Below, piece after piece: positions 13,104-22,514 of a stretch of 64,000 nt of DNA; position 1 is the stretch's first letter, and every line of letters begins with the position of its first letter. This stretch comes from an uncultured Planctomycetaceae bacterium (GTDB taxonomy: Bacteria; Planctomycetota; Planctomycetia; Planctomycetales; Planctomycetaceae): NCBI GenBank assembly GCA_963813715.1, contig CAWFAK010000005.1, positions 1,024,001 through 1,088,000 of the forward strand, read 5' to 3'. A program made the translations under genes and the position numbers. The notes beneath the pieces are model-generated. The model saw nothing but the letters and a program-made list of their open reading frames with translations. It was not told the origin of the DNA and searched no databases.

Positions 13104-14363
13104 CTACACGACGTCCGTTTCCGCCGCCGTCCAAGTCCCCGAGCCTGAGATAGTTACGCCGGGGCCGGCGTTGGGGGCGAAGATGGTCCAGGTGCCGCTG
13201 AGGACGTTTCCGTTGGCCGTTGGTACGCCTGTGCCGGAGAAGGCGAACGTCACCGGCGTCTGGTTTTCGAGGAAGGTGGCCAAGCCGTTGATGTTGCCGT
13301 CGCCACCGGCGGTCCCGTTGCCGAATCCCGAAACGTCGTTGAGGAACACGATGACGGACCCGCCGAAGATCTGAATGTTGATCGAGCTGCCGGCGATCGG
13401 ACTGTCGGTGATGGTGCCGTTGTCATCGACGGTCGCATTACCGGTGACCGTTCCCGCGTAGACGCCGTCGAGGTCCAGCACGCTTTCCAAGGTCCAGGTG
13501 CCTCGGCCCGTGACGAAGATGCCGCCCGGCAGATTGGCCCGGAAAGTCCAGACGCCGCTGCCGTTGACACCGTCGACACCGCGCGACGCCGGGCCGTTGG
13601 CGGTGACGGTAATCGTCACGCCATCCTCGACGAAGGTGACTGTGCTATTGATGCGTCCGTTGACGTCGATCGTTCCGCCCGGCGACGTCACGCCGGACGA
13701 ACTGGAGAAACTGCTCGAAACGACGCCGTTGGTGATCGCCGCCGAGAAGGTCCCGGGAGTGATCGGCGTGGTTGTCGTCGATCCGTTTTGCGTAACGGTC
13801 ACCGCTCCCTGGTACGTGCCGCTGTACGGTCCGTCGAAGTTGCTCAACGTCTGCGGGGCGCTTGCCGACCAACTTCCGCTGCCGCTTGCGGTCACGCCGC
13901 CGCCCAAGTTCACGGAGAAGGTCCAGCTGCCGGAAGCCGCCGTCTGAATCGCGTTGACGTTGGTGATTTTTCCCGCCACCGAGATCGGCACCGTCTGGCT
14001 CTGGTATTGGGCGTTCACCGTGCCGACGATGTTTCGGTTGACGTCGACGGTGCCCGTGCCGTTGCCGACGGGCGAGGTGAAATTGATGACGCCGTTATTC
14101 GTGGTCATCGTGAACGCCGTCGCAGTGACGGGCGTTTTGGTGATCGAGCCGTTGTTATTGACGGTCACGGTGCCGCTGTACGTGCCGGTGAAGTTGCCGT
14201 TGAGAATGGCCAGTGTGGCCGACGAGAGCAGCGTTCGCTCTTCGAGATTCTCGATGGCCGGCCACGTCAACGAGTTGAGCGCGCGGGCGCGAACGAGCAC
14301 GGGGATGGGAGCGGAATAGCGCGAGCAACTGCGGAACCATCGTGTCACCTCCGAAGTTAGCAT
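13104..14363 (-). CDS. Extracellular protein with planctomycete LEPR-XLL-type motif and three tandem beta-rich repeats
   Basis: IENLEERTLLS motif after a basic N-terminus; three ~120 aa units starting GxYxGT-like and ending GxW(T/S). Confidence 0.75.
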   Translation of the reverse strand: MLTSEVTRWFRSCSRYSAPIPVLVRARALNSLTWPAIENLEERTLLSSATLAILNGNFTGTYSGTVTVNNNGSITKTPVTATAFTMTTNNGVINFTSPVGNGTGTVDVNRNIVGTVNAQYQSQTVPISVAGKITNVNAIQTAASGSWTFSVNLGGGVTASGSGSWSASAPQTLSNFDGPYSGTYQGAVTVTQNGSTTTTPITPGTFSAAITNGVVSSSFSSSSGVTSPGGTIDVNGRINSTVTFVEDGVTITVTANGPASRGVDGVNGSGVWTFRANLPGGIFVTGRGTWTLESVLDLDGVYAGTVTGNATVDDNGTITDSPIAGSSINIQIFGGSVIVFLNDVSGFGNGTAGGDGNINGLATFLENQTPVTFAFSGTGVPTANGNVLSGTWTIFAPNAGPGVTISGSGTWTAAETDVV

Positions 14364-14778
14364 CCTTGAGACGGAGCAGTGCGTGGCCCGCAGAGCCGGC
14401 GGCCGATCGCTACGAAACGCTGAAAGCCGCAGCGCGAGCGCCAGACAGGTGGGATGATAGTTCGGACGAGTCGCGGTTGATAGCGGGATCACGCGGCACG
14501 CGTGCGACTGCGAAACGCGAATCCCCTGTCGTCGATGGCAAAGCACTGTCGCCGCCGCAAAAAAGCAAAATTGCGGCGGTGCGGCCTGGGCCGCGTGCGG
14601 ATCGAAGTCGCGCACTTGGCTGATCGTATTCGGGTTCCTTATCCCTGAATTATTCAGAAATCAGTCAGCAAAGATGCCGCATTCGGATGAAAGGAGTCGT
14701 GTCCTAAACTGTCGGATCTTAGTCATGGCGGCTATAAGCCCTGCATCGTTAGTTTTGAGAGGCACGTTGGAGTCAGGC

Positions 14779-15771
14779 ATGAAATCGCGGCGAATCGGAT
14801 TGCTCGGATTCGATGGAGTGATGGCGCTGGATTTGGTGGGGCCGATCGATGCCTTCAGCTCGGCTGTCTTCGAAGGTGCAGGGGCGGCGCTCAGTCCTTG
14901 CTACGAAATATCGGTGATCGGTCTGAGTCAAAGGCCATTCGTGTCCGAGTCGGGCATCGTCTTTCAGCCGCACACGACGCTCAAGAATGTTCCCGCGCTC
15001 GACACCCTCTTGATTCCGGGAGGTTGTGGACTACGCGTTCCACAGACTCAAGCGACGGTTGCTGAGTGGGTCAAAGCTCGGGCCGCGAAGCTCCGTCGCA
15101 TTGCGACTGTTTGCACCGGCATTTATGGCCTGGCACCGACCGGACTCTTGGATGGCCGCACGGTGACGACTCATTGGCGGTTTGCCCGGGATCTCGGCAA
15201 GCGATATCCCAAGCTCAATGTCGATGCCAATGCCATTTTCTGCAAAGACGGCCCGTTTTACACCGGAGCGGGAATCACGTCCGGGATCGACCTATCGCTG
15301 GCCCTGATCGAGGAGGATTACGGGCCGACCGTGGCGTTGGCGGTGGCCCGGGAACTGGTGGTCTACGTCAAACGATCTGGGGGGCAGGAACAATATTCCG
15401 AGCCGCTGAAATTCCAGACCCGTTCCAAGGATGGCTTCGGCGATCTGGCGGCCTGGATTCACGGGCATCTGGAGCAAGACCTTTCAGTCGAAACGCTCGC
15501 TCACCGGGCAAGGCTTTGTCCGCGGCATTTCTGTCGACGGTTCAAAGACGTGTTCGGCACGTCACCGGCACGGTTTGTGGAAGACCTGCGATTGGGTGAA
15601 GCGCGTCAGCGGCTGTCTCTGGCCGATCAATCGATCGAGACGGTTGCCCGATCGGTCGGGTTCGCGAGCCCCGACGCCTTCCGCCGCGCGTTTGAGCGGC
15701 GGTTCGGTATCAATCCCAGCTCCTTCCGCAATCGATTCGATGTCCGACTTCGACGCCGTCGCCATCCTTGA
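14779..15771 (+). CDS. GlxA-family AraC regulator (DJ-1/PfpI sensor + HTH_AraC)
   Basis: VCTG, TTHW, AGITSGIDL, KRSGGQEQYS, C-terminal double HTH. Confidence 0.93.
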   Translation: MKSRRIGLLGFDGVMALDLVGPIDAFSSAVFEGAGAALSPCYEISVIGLSQRPFVSESGIVFQPHTTLKNVPALDTLLIPGGCGLRVPQTQATVAEWVKARAAKLRRIATVCTGIYGLAPTGLLDGRTVTTHWRFARDLGKRYPKLNVDANAIFCKDGPFYTGAGITSGIDLSLALIEEDYGPTVALAVARELVVYVKRSGGQEQYSEPLKFQTRSKDGFGDLAAWIHGHLEQDLSVETLAHRARLCPRHFCRRFKDVFGTSPARFVEDLRLGEARQRLSLADQSIETVARSVGFASPDAFRRAFERRFGINPSSFRNRFDVRLRRRRHP

Positions 15772-15791
15772 GACTTCTTGGAGAAAGTCAG

Positions 15792-16613
15792 ATGAGAACG
15801 AGGTTTTTGCCCTTCTTCATTTTGCTGTCACTCGTGGCGATATCGTGGGGGGCTGCCCTGCGCGAAGCAAGCGCCGGTCCAATCACCGTGGACAAGGACG
15901 CGGCGAAACGCGGCAAGAAGATTTACGTGTGTCCTCCTTGTGGACTCGACTGCGACAAAGAAACGCACGACAAGCCGGGGGTCTGCCCGCGCTGCGGAAT
16001 GACCCTCGTGGAAAAAACGATTGAGTCGCACGCGTCGGGCGAAAAACCGCTAACGGTCGCCATTTTGCTTTTCAACGGCGTCGAAATCATCGACTACTCC
16101 GGCCCCTGGGAAGTGTTTGGTGCCGCTGGCTTTGACGTGCATACGGTCGCCTCAGCCCTGGGCCCCATTAAGACCGTCTTCGGCCAGAAAGTTATTCCGG
16201 ACTACACGCTAGAGAACAGCCCCAAGGCCGATATCGTGCTCATTCCTGGGGGAAACATCGCTTCGGCGCTGAACGATGCGAGAGTGATCCAGTGGATCCG
16301 GGCTCGCTCGAAAGATGCGAAGCAGGTGATGTCGGTTTGTAACGGTGCTTTTCTGCTGGCAAAGGCCGGTCTCTTGGATGGATTGTCGGCAACAACAGTT
16401 CGCGGAGGGATCGAGAGACTCGCCAAAGTCGCACCCCGAACTAAAGTCGTGCACAACCAGCGCGATGTCGACAATGGCAAGTTCATCACCACTGCGGGCC
16501 TTTCCGCCGGGATCGACGGGGCAATGCATCTGGTCGCGAAGACTCTGGGACACGATGCCGCCCAGGCAGTCGCCTACGGACTCGAATACCGATGGGACGA
16601 CGAGCCGAAGTGA
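15792..16613 (+). CDS. Exported DJ-1/PfpI protein with N-terminal heavy-metal-binding-type Cys module
   Basis: Signal peptide; YVCPPCGLDCD...KPGVCPRCGMTLV; IDYSGPWEVF, SVCNGA, AGLSAGID. Confidence 0.85.
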   Translation: MRTRFLPFFILLSLVAISWGAALREASAGPITVDKDAAKRGKKIYVCPPCGLDCDKETHDKPGVCPRCGMTLVEKTIESHASGEKPLTVAILLFNGVEIIDYSGPWEVFGAAGFDVHTVASALGPIKTVFGQKVIPDYTLENSPKADIVLIPGGNIASALNDARVIQWIRARSKDAKQVMSVCNGAFLLAKAGLLDGLSATTVRGGIERLAKVAPRTKVVHNQRDVDNGKFITTAGLSAGIDGAMHLVAKTLGHDAAQAVAYGLEYRWDDEPK

Positions 16614-16694
16614 GTCGGCTACGATCGCGACCATACGACGTGCCGTGCAAACGTACGGAGTCAATAAACTCGTCGTAGCGGCCGGATCCAACGA

Positions 16695-17417
16695 TCAGCC
16701 GACCAGCTCGACCTTGCCGGTGCCCAGGTGGTAGACGCCGCCGGCAACTTTCAATTCGCCCGAACGTGACGAGCTTCGCCAAAATCGGCTCCAGGCTTTG
16801 GAGTCGCCGGACGCCCTCGACGACATTTGCCTTGATCACGTTGGCGAGCTTGTTGCCGGGCTGCCCCGCCACCATTTTGACAACCGGTCGAATCGGGTTG
16901 ATGAGGGCGTCGATCGATCCGGGGAGTGCGTCGTTGGCCTCGATGTGCTCGATCGCCGCCTTGCACGCGCCGCATTCGCTGTGGCCCAGTACCAGGACCA
17001 GTCGGGTCTTCAGCTCAGCGACGGCGTATTCGATGCTCCCCTTCACCGTGGGCCCGCGCCGCTGACGACGTTGCCGGCGATGCGGATGACAAACAAGTCG
17101 CCGATGGCCTGGTCGAAAATTACTTCGGGAGCCACGCGCGAGTCCGCGCACCCGACGATGACGGCATGCGGAGCCTGTCCGTGCTCCAGTGGCAGAAAGT
17201 CCTGCGGAGTGCGTCCCGGGTGCCGGAGTCTGCCTTCGACGAACCTCTGGTTGCCGGCGAGTAACTGATGGAGTACCGCGTCGGGTTTCGGCTGCTCGGC
17301 CGCGTCGGCGGCGCCTCGCGGCGAGAGGCCAGTCAGACCGGACATCCCCATCACCCCCACGGTCGCCGCGGCACTCCCCATGAACTTACGTCGGGACAAT
17401 TGATCCAAGTTATCCAT
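16695..17417 (-). CDS. Beta-class carbonic anhydrase, Tat-exported (2 frameshifts)
   Basis: SRRKFMG Tat motif; GCADSRV; RIAGN; GHSECGA; C-terminus GVYHLGTGKVELVG in a third frame. Confidence 0.88.
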
Positions 17418-17460
17418 AACTCAGCTCCTTATAGGTCCGCGTACGCGAGTCGGCGGCAAT

Positions 17461-17495
17461 AAAAACAGCCACCTTGTGTGGCCACAAGTGGCTGT
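17461..17495 (-). terminator. Intrinsic terminator following the displaced tRNA 3' fragment
   Basis: Inverted repeat ACAGCCAC-CTTGTG / CACAAG-TGGCTGT followed by a T run on the minus strand. Confidence 0.6.
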
Positions 17496-17520
17496 GCGTG
17501 TTTCGGGGCAATCCAAAAAG

Positions 17521-17542
17521 GTGGTCGTGGCAGGATTTCGAA
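17521..17542 (-). repeat. Duplicated 3' end of tRNA-Val (att-like direct repeat)
   Basis: GTGGTCGTGGCAGGATT at 17521..17537 is identical to 21384..21400 and continues (T)CGAA into the T-loop. Confidence 0.85.
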
Positions 17543-17822
17543 GAATCGCCGAATTCCCTCGGAAATACAAGCGCCGCTACACGAAGCTGTGCTAAATCCG
17601 GTGCAGTTGGAGGCGATTTTCCCACTTTGACACCCGGGGACTGGACTCGGCTCGTGGCGGGGTTCGGGCATTTCCCCGCGTTGCTACAGAGTGCGCGTAA
17701 TCGATGCGGCTTGGGGCGTGCTCTCGGACCAGACACGACCGGACGTCGGCCGCCTCATCACCGGGCCCTACCGATCGATGAACGCGCGGGCCAGCCGAGA
17801 TCTCGGACTGACTGCGATCCGA

Positions 17823-18254
17823 TCACTCAAGGGGAGGCAGGATATCCGGCTCGATCTGATAACCGTCCGCGATCGAATTTGTCGTGTTGAACAAGCCGAC
17901 GATCGCCAGGACTTCTCCCAGGGCTTCGGTATCGAGGCCAAGCTTTCTTAACGCGGCCGTGTGCGAATTGACGCAATAGGAACAGCCGTTGGTCGCCGAT
18001 ACTGCAAGGGCAATGATCTCGCGTGTCGTCGCATCGAGCTTGGGTTGACGTCCTACTGCTTCAGGATGCATCAGCGCCTTGAGACTCGACCAAACCAAGT
18101 CGAGGTGGTCAGGGTTGGTTGCGAGCACTCGCCACAGGTTGGGCACAAAGGGAATGTTCTTCGTCCTCTTGATGTCAGCATACACGTCGGCCACTCTCCC
18201 GTTCGCATCTTCCTCAGCGACTGGAACGACCGTTGCAATTCTCTGAGCAGACAT
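17823..18254 (-). CDS. AhpD-like / carboxymuconolactone decarboxylase family protein
   Basis: REIIALAVSATNGCSYCVNSH (CxxC...H AhpD core). Confidence 0.9.
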   Translation of the reverse strand: MSAQRIATVVPVAEEDANGRVADVYADIKRTKNIPFVPNLWRVLATNPDHLDLVWSSLKALMHPEAVGRQPKLDATTREIIALAVSATNGCSYCVNSHTAALRKLGLDTEALGEVLAIVGLFNTTNSIADGYQIEPDILPPLE

Positions 18255-18389
18255 GGAGGAACCCTTTCGTGAAATGTTACGGTGGCCTCCGGCCGGCTTC
18301 TCGGCATGGCTCTGGTTCTACGACAAATGAAGGGTCCAGCCCACTCGTCTCCGGACTCTGTCTCCCCTTTCACTCCGAGATCCAGCTTT

Positions 18390-18623
18390 TCATTGTCCGT
18401 CTCCGATCGCACGGCCCTCGCGACGACCATCTTGCTCAACTCGCCGCGATTCGCAGAGGCTCCGGACGGCTTGCTTTTGCTCATCGGTCAGTTGCGACCA
18501 TGTGGCAATTTCATCAATCGTTCGCCGACACGCGACGCAGTAGAGCCTCGTGGCATCAAGCGTGCAATCGCCCCGACACGGAGAAGACGCCGCGTCAACG
18601 TCCGCCGGAGGAAAACGCTGCAT
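18390..18623 (-). CDS. DUF1289 family small Cys protein
   Basis: SPCRGDCTLD...CVACRRTIDEIATW signature. Confidence 0.8.
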   Translation of the reverse strand: MQRFPPADVDAASSPCRGDCTLDATRLYCVACRRTIDEIATWSQLTDEQKQAVRSLCESRRVEQDGRREGRAIGDGQ

Positions 18624-18637
18624 GGTAACTTACTCGG

Positions 18638-19231
18638 TTATTTCCGGACGGGCGTGCGGCGCGAGCCGGAGCCGATGAACGCCTTCGGCCCGGGTGCCGC
18701 AGGCGGAGTTTCGCCGGCGACCGATAGATTGAACGTGTAGTCCGTTTTACCGGGCGCTTGATGATCGATGAGGAACTCCGGTTTTTTCGAGCTGACCTCG
18801 GGGTCGTTGTAGAGATTCTTGAGCGAGTCCGGTCCCAGGAAGCCCATCCTCGGATTGTAGCCCAGCTGGGCAAAGAGCATTATATATTTGCCAGGCGGCA
18901 GCAGTGGGAATTCGAACGACCCATCCGGCTTGACGATGGCAGTTGCACTGCTGTTGGCCTTGGCTTCGGGCTTCGCGGCGGCGTAGGCGATCGCCACGAG
19001 GCGCGCGGTCTCGGATTTCGCAGCGGGAAGCTCATCGTCAACGGTGATCTTTCCGCCCAACGGATAAGCCGTCACCGGATTCATTCCGGCGCTTTCATAG
19101 GCTTTCTCGAGACGTTGAGCCGTGGACTCGCGTCCGCCACACCCGACGGGCACGAGGAAGATAAACGTCGCTGCGATCCCCCACGCGATTTTGCGCCGGT
19201 GCGCGCGGCGACTCAGAAGGGCGGGTGCCAT
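18638..19231 (-). CDS. Lipoprotein of the type that commonly follows DUF1559 genes
   Basis: Lipobox-like PVGCGG; GKITVDD, DGSFEF, PPGKY, DSLKNLYNDP. Confidence 0.75.
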   Translation of the reverse strand: MAPALLSRRAHRRKIAWGIAATFIFLVPVGCGGRESTAQRLEKAYESAGMNPVTAYPLGGKITVDDELPAAKSETARLVAIAYAAAKPEAKANSSATAIVKPDGSFEFPLLPPGKYIMLFAQLGYNPRMGFLGPDSLKNLYNDPEVSSKKPEFLIDHQAPGKTDYTFNLSVAGETPPAAPGPKAFIGSGSRRTPVRK

Positions 19232-19274
19232 TCCATCGACTCCACTCTCTCAAAGACGCGGAGAGATTCCGTCT

Positions 19275-19316
19275 AGAAGAAAGTCGGCCGCCCTGGACAC
19301 GTCCAGAGCGGTCGAC
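19275..19316 (-). terminator. Stem-loop / terminator between the DUF1559 gene and the lipoprotein gene
   Basis: GTCGGCCGCCCTGGAC / GTCCAGAGCGGTCGAC inverted repeat followed by TTTCTTCT on the minus strand. Confidence 0.55.
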
Positions 19317-19340
19317 CGGAGTTCGCAGGCGACGGTCATG

Positions 19341-20591
19341 TTAGAACTGGTCAGGCACGGCTTCGTGTCCGCGCGGCGTCATCAGCGCGACGAATGTGAC
19401 GATCGAAATATTCTCGCTCACCATGCGAGCGGATCCGTCGCACATGGCCACCCCACCCGAGCCCGGGTGGAAGCTGAAAATGGCGTTGTAGCCGATCTCG
19501 TTCGTGCAGTTGATGAAACAGACCGGCATTGGGCAGTTTGTGCTCGAAAAGCAACTCGGCTTACTGAGGCCGGTGAAGTCGGACCCGAGCACATAGGCGA
19601 CCGCGTTCGTCGAGGCCCAAGCGCCGCCTGAGTTAAAAGCGTGAGCGGCGAGGGGCGTGGGCAAAGTCGTCTTGCCGGCTCTTGTCCAGCAATCCGGCCG
19701 GCCCGCCATCTCAGTGCAGAAAAGCGTCGTGGACGTCCCGTCGGTGATCTGATCAATCGATAAGCCGCAGGAATTCGAGAGAAAGCTGTGAAACAGGCCG
19801 GTGGGCCCAATGAACCCGCTGCCTCCGGCGCCGGGAATGCCGAGTGCGTGTGTGTAAAACGCGTGGGCAGACGAATCCAGATCGCACAGGCCTTCGTAAT
19901 CCAAAGCACCGTGAAGGCGTTTGAAGGCAAAGCAGGTGCGACAGAATGTGAGACAGAATTCGTAGATCGCGTTTCCCTCGACAAATGGATTTTGCGTTCG
20001 CGGCGACGAGGGGCAGACGTAGGACGGTATGACGGCGGCCGCTGGGCGGGTGTAGGCACAGGGATCGAGGCACGGACAGCCAGAATTTGCAAAGGTGTAC
20101 TTAGTCGGGCACGGAACGCCCGACAGGCAGACCGGGGAGAAGATCGGCGCGTTCATGCAAATTCGGCTGTAAACCGTGTTGGCTTCCACGAACGGCAACA
20201 GCCGTTCCGGCCATGTGTGCAAATTATAGTCGTTGCGGCCAACGCTCCCGGGCACGCCAACTGTGAACAACGTCCCGCAGAAGCAATCCTGCAAGTAACC
20301 GGTCGCCACGCCGCACGTGCACACGAAGGGGGGTGGGCCGCAGAATGTGTCGGCGTTGTAGATCACTGTTGTCGCCGGCGGGAATTGGTTGTTGACGTCG
20401 TGATAATTGTGGGCTGCCAGCGCGATCTGCTTGAGGTTGTTGCGACATTGAGTGCGTCGCGCTGCCTCGCGCGCCGCTTGCACGGCCGGCAGCAAAAGCG
20501 CGATGAGCACGGCGATGATGGCGATCACCACCAACAGCTCGATCAGCGTGAACCCGGGCGGCGCCTGATCCAATCGTTTTCTTTTCAACAT
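19341..20591 (-). CDS. DUF1559 prepilin-type protein with H-X9-DG C-terminal motif, Cys-rich
   Basis: [65 protein letters not shown]. Confidence 0.95.
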   Translation of the reverse strand: MLKRKRLDQAPPGFTLIELLVVIAIIAVLIALLLPAVQAAREAARRTQCRNNLKQIALAAHNYHDVNNQFPPATTVIYNADTFCGPPPFVCTCGVATGYLQDCFCGTLFTVGVPGSVGRNDYNLHTWPERLLPFVEANTVYSRICMNAPIFSPVCLSGVPCPTKYTFANSGCPCLDPCAYTRPAAAVIPSYVCPSSPRTQNPFVEGNAIYEFCLTFCRTCFAFKRLHGALDYEGLCDLDSSAHAFYTHALGIPGAGGSGFIGPTGLFHSFLSNSCGLSIDQITDGTSTTLFCTEMAGRPDCWTRAGKTTLPTPLAAHAFNSGGAWASTNAVAYVLGSDFTGLSKPSCFSSTNCPMPVCFINCTNEIGYNAIFSFHPGSGGVAMCDGSARMVSENISIVTFVALMTPRGHEAVPDQF

Positions 20592-20851
20592 GACAAGTCC
20601 TCGTTGTCTGGGGCCCGTCCGGATGGTTGATCCGGCAGCCCGCGCGGCAAACGGGGCCTCGCGTCGCGAAGAGGCGCATGCTCTCCCAATCCAGGCCGCG
20701 GGCGTTCGGCGATTCGCATGTTGCGCGGCGCACGCGCGAACGCCAACCGACGGACGGTGGATGAGAATCGCCGCGATGTCGCGCCATCAACGAGGTGCGC
20801 GGCAGCGCAAGAACGCGTGTCTTCGTTCCCCGAAAGACCCGAATGCAAAAC

Positions 20852-21054
20852 GACGAATGGGCAGGTCTTCTGGCTTCCGGATCGGCCTACTCACCGCACC
20901 TTCCCGCCCGGCTCGCTCGCGATGTGGTCGCGACCTTCGCAGGACAGTGGTATTTGCGGCTTTCGTCCCCGGTTACAGCGGCGGGACCGCGACGGATTCG
21001 CACCGTCTTCCCTATTCTTCGTCCGGGCCACAAGCCCGAGACGACACCCACGTC
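20852..21054 (-). ncRNA. Cobalamin (B12) riboswitch
   Basis: Minus strand reads AATAGGGAAGACGGTGCGAATCCGTCGCGGTCCCGCCGCTGTAA ... CCACTG ... GGGAAGG ... AGCCAGAAGACCTGCC (B12 box); P1 pairing between GACGTGGGT and GCCCATTCGTC. Confidence 0.95.
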
Positions 21055-21061
21055 GCGGGTC

Positions 21062-21089
21062 ATCCTAACGCGCGCGGAACGCTTGTCAA
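21062..21089 (-). promoter_or_regulatory. Sigma70-type promoter for the riboswitch leader
   Basis: TTGACA (21089-21084), 16 nt, TAGGAT (21067-21062); predicted +1 coincides with the riboswitch 5' end. Confidence 0.7.
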
Positions 21090-21326
21090 CTCACGCATTC
21101 GCAGGTCTGATCGAACTCTGTCCGCGATCAGTGGTGTCGAATGTATCACGGGATACCGTCGCATTCGGACGAGTCTCCTTCCGGATGCCTCGAGCCCCGC
21201 AAGCCGGATGATCCGGTGGTCTGTCCGCAAATTGACTTCGGTGGAGCGATAGCGGGTGATCACGAATGCGGCGCGGTCCGCGGACCCAGGGCAACGTGCA
21301 GCGACGCGAGCAGTCGTTACCAAATG

Positions 21327-21357
21327 AAAAGGCCACATTGTTCGGAAACAAGTGGCC
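21327..21357 (-). terminator. Terminator downstream of tRNA-Val
   Basis: GGCCAC-ATTGTT / AACAA-GTGGCC hairpin plus TTTT on the minus strand. Confidence 0.6.
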
Positions 21358-21384
21358 GAGGTGCCTGAGTGCAGGCCAATCAAG

Positions 21385-21458
21385 TGGTCGTGGCAGGATT
21401 CGAACCTGCGACCCCATCGATGTGAGCGATGTGCGCTAACCAACTGCGCTACACGACC
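21385..21458 (-). tRNA. tRNA-Val (anticodon CAC), CCA not encoded
   Basis: GGTCGTG/CACGACC acceptor stem, AGTTGGTTAG D-loop, CATCG-CTCACAT-CGATG anticodon arm, GGTTCGAATCC T-arm. Confidence 0.97.
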
Positions 21459-21503
21459 AGTCTGGCCGAATTTTACAGCAGACGGTCGGCGTTCGGAAGT
21501 GCT

Positions 21504-22514
21504 TTAGGGGGCTCGGCCTTCGCCCAGCCGTTTTAGCTCAGGCTCCAGGCGGCGCATGCCTTCCTCGACGGTCACGAGGGGCTTGTAGCCGAAGTCCCGC
21601 TGGGCACGGCCGATCTGGTAAGAGTGCGAGCCGCTGAGCTGTTGGGCCAGGAACCGCGTCATCGGCGGCTCGGCAGAAATGCGCAGAGCTTTGTAGATCG
21701 CTTCCAAGGTTGCCCCGACGGCGTAGGCGGCTCGGCTCGAAATCGATTTGTGGACTGGCGGCAGTCCGGCGAGGGCCAGGAGCTCGTCGATCCAGCGCCA
21801 GAGGTTCACCGGCTGCGCCTCGTTGATGAAGTAGGCATTGCCGGCGGGGGGCGCGCCGGGGTGGAGGGCGTCGGCGGCCTGCAGGTGGGCGGCGGCCACG
21901 TTTTCGACGTAGGACATTGCGATCACGTTGTTGCCGCCGCCGACGCGTCGCAACCGTCCTGAGCGCGCGCGGGCGATCAGGCGCGGCACGAGGTGATTGT
22001 CCCGCGGGCCCCAGATCAAGTGCGGTCGCAGCGCCACCGTCGCCAGCCCGTCGCTTCCGTTGGCGGCGAGCACCTCGCGCTCGGCCAGCGCTTTGGTGTG
22101 CGGGTAGTAACACAGGTAATGCGACGGGTAGGGATGGCTCTCGTCGACGTTGATGTGATCGGCCCCGTCGTAAATCACGCTGGGCGAGCTGGTGTAGATT
22201 AGGCGGGCGACGCGGTCCTGGCCACACGCGTCGAGAACGTGCCGCGTGCCGAGCGTGTTGGTCTCGTAGTAGTGCTTCCAGGAACCCCAAATTCCCGGGA
22301 CGGCCGCGACGTGGAACACGGTGTCCATGTTGCGGCAGGCGCGGTCGACGTCGTGGGGATTGCGGATGTCCCCCTCTTGGAATTCGACGCCCAATTCGGC
22401 CAGCCGCCGATGGGAGCGTCGCGCCAGCACTCGAACGCGATCGCCGCGGGCCGCAAGCTGCTCAGTGAGATAGAGGCCGAGGAAGCCTGCGCCGCCGGTG
22501 ACCAGGGCATTCAT
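21504..22514 (-). CDS. oleD: OleD-like 2-alkyl-3-oxoalkanoate reductase (3-beta-HSD-type extended SDR)
   Basis: [50 protein letters not shown]-coupled to oleC. Confidence 0.8.
   Translation of the reverse strand: MNALVTGGAGFLGLYLTEQLAARGDRVRVLARRSHRRLAELGVEFQEGDIRNPHDVDRACRNMDTVFHVAAVPGIWGSWKHYYETNTLGTRHVLDACGQDRVARLIYTSSPSVIYDGADHINVDESHPYPSHYLCYYPHTKALAEREVLAANGSDGLATVALRPHLIWGPRDNHLVPRLIARARSGRLRRVGGGNNVIAMSYVENVAAAHLQAADALHPGAPPAGNAYFINEAQPVNLWRWIDELLALAGLPPVHKSISSRAAYAVGATLEAIYKALRISAEPPMTRFLAQQLSGSHSYQIGRAQRDFGYKPLVTVEEGMRRLEPELKRLGEGRAP

Larger units (their letters stand above)
17543..21384. mobile_element. tRNA-Val-integrated genomic islet (~3.85 kb, no integrase)
   Basis: Bounded by the intact tRNA and its duplicated 3' end; no recombinase ORF inside. 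Confidence 0.7.

Noticed and set aside
17474..17890. 138 aa ORF across the att repeat as a possible integrase remnant
   Set aside because: No tyrosine or serine recombinase motif; it crosses the att site and overlaps the AhpD-like gene
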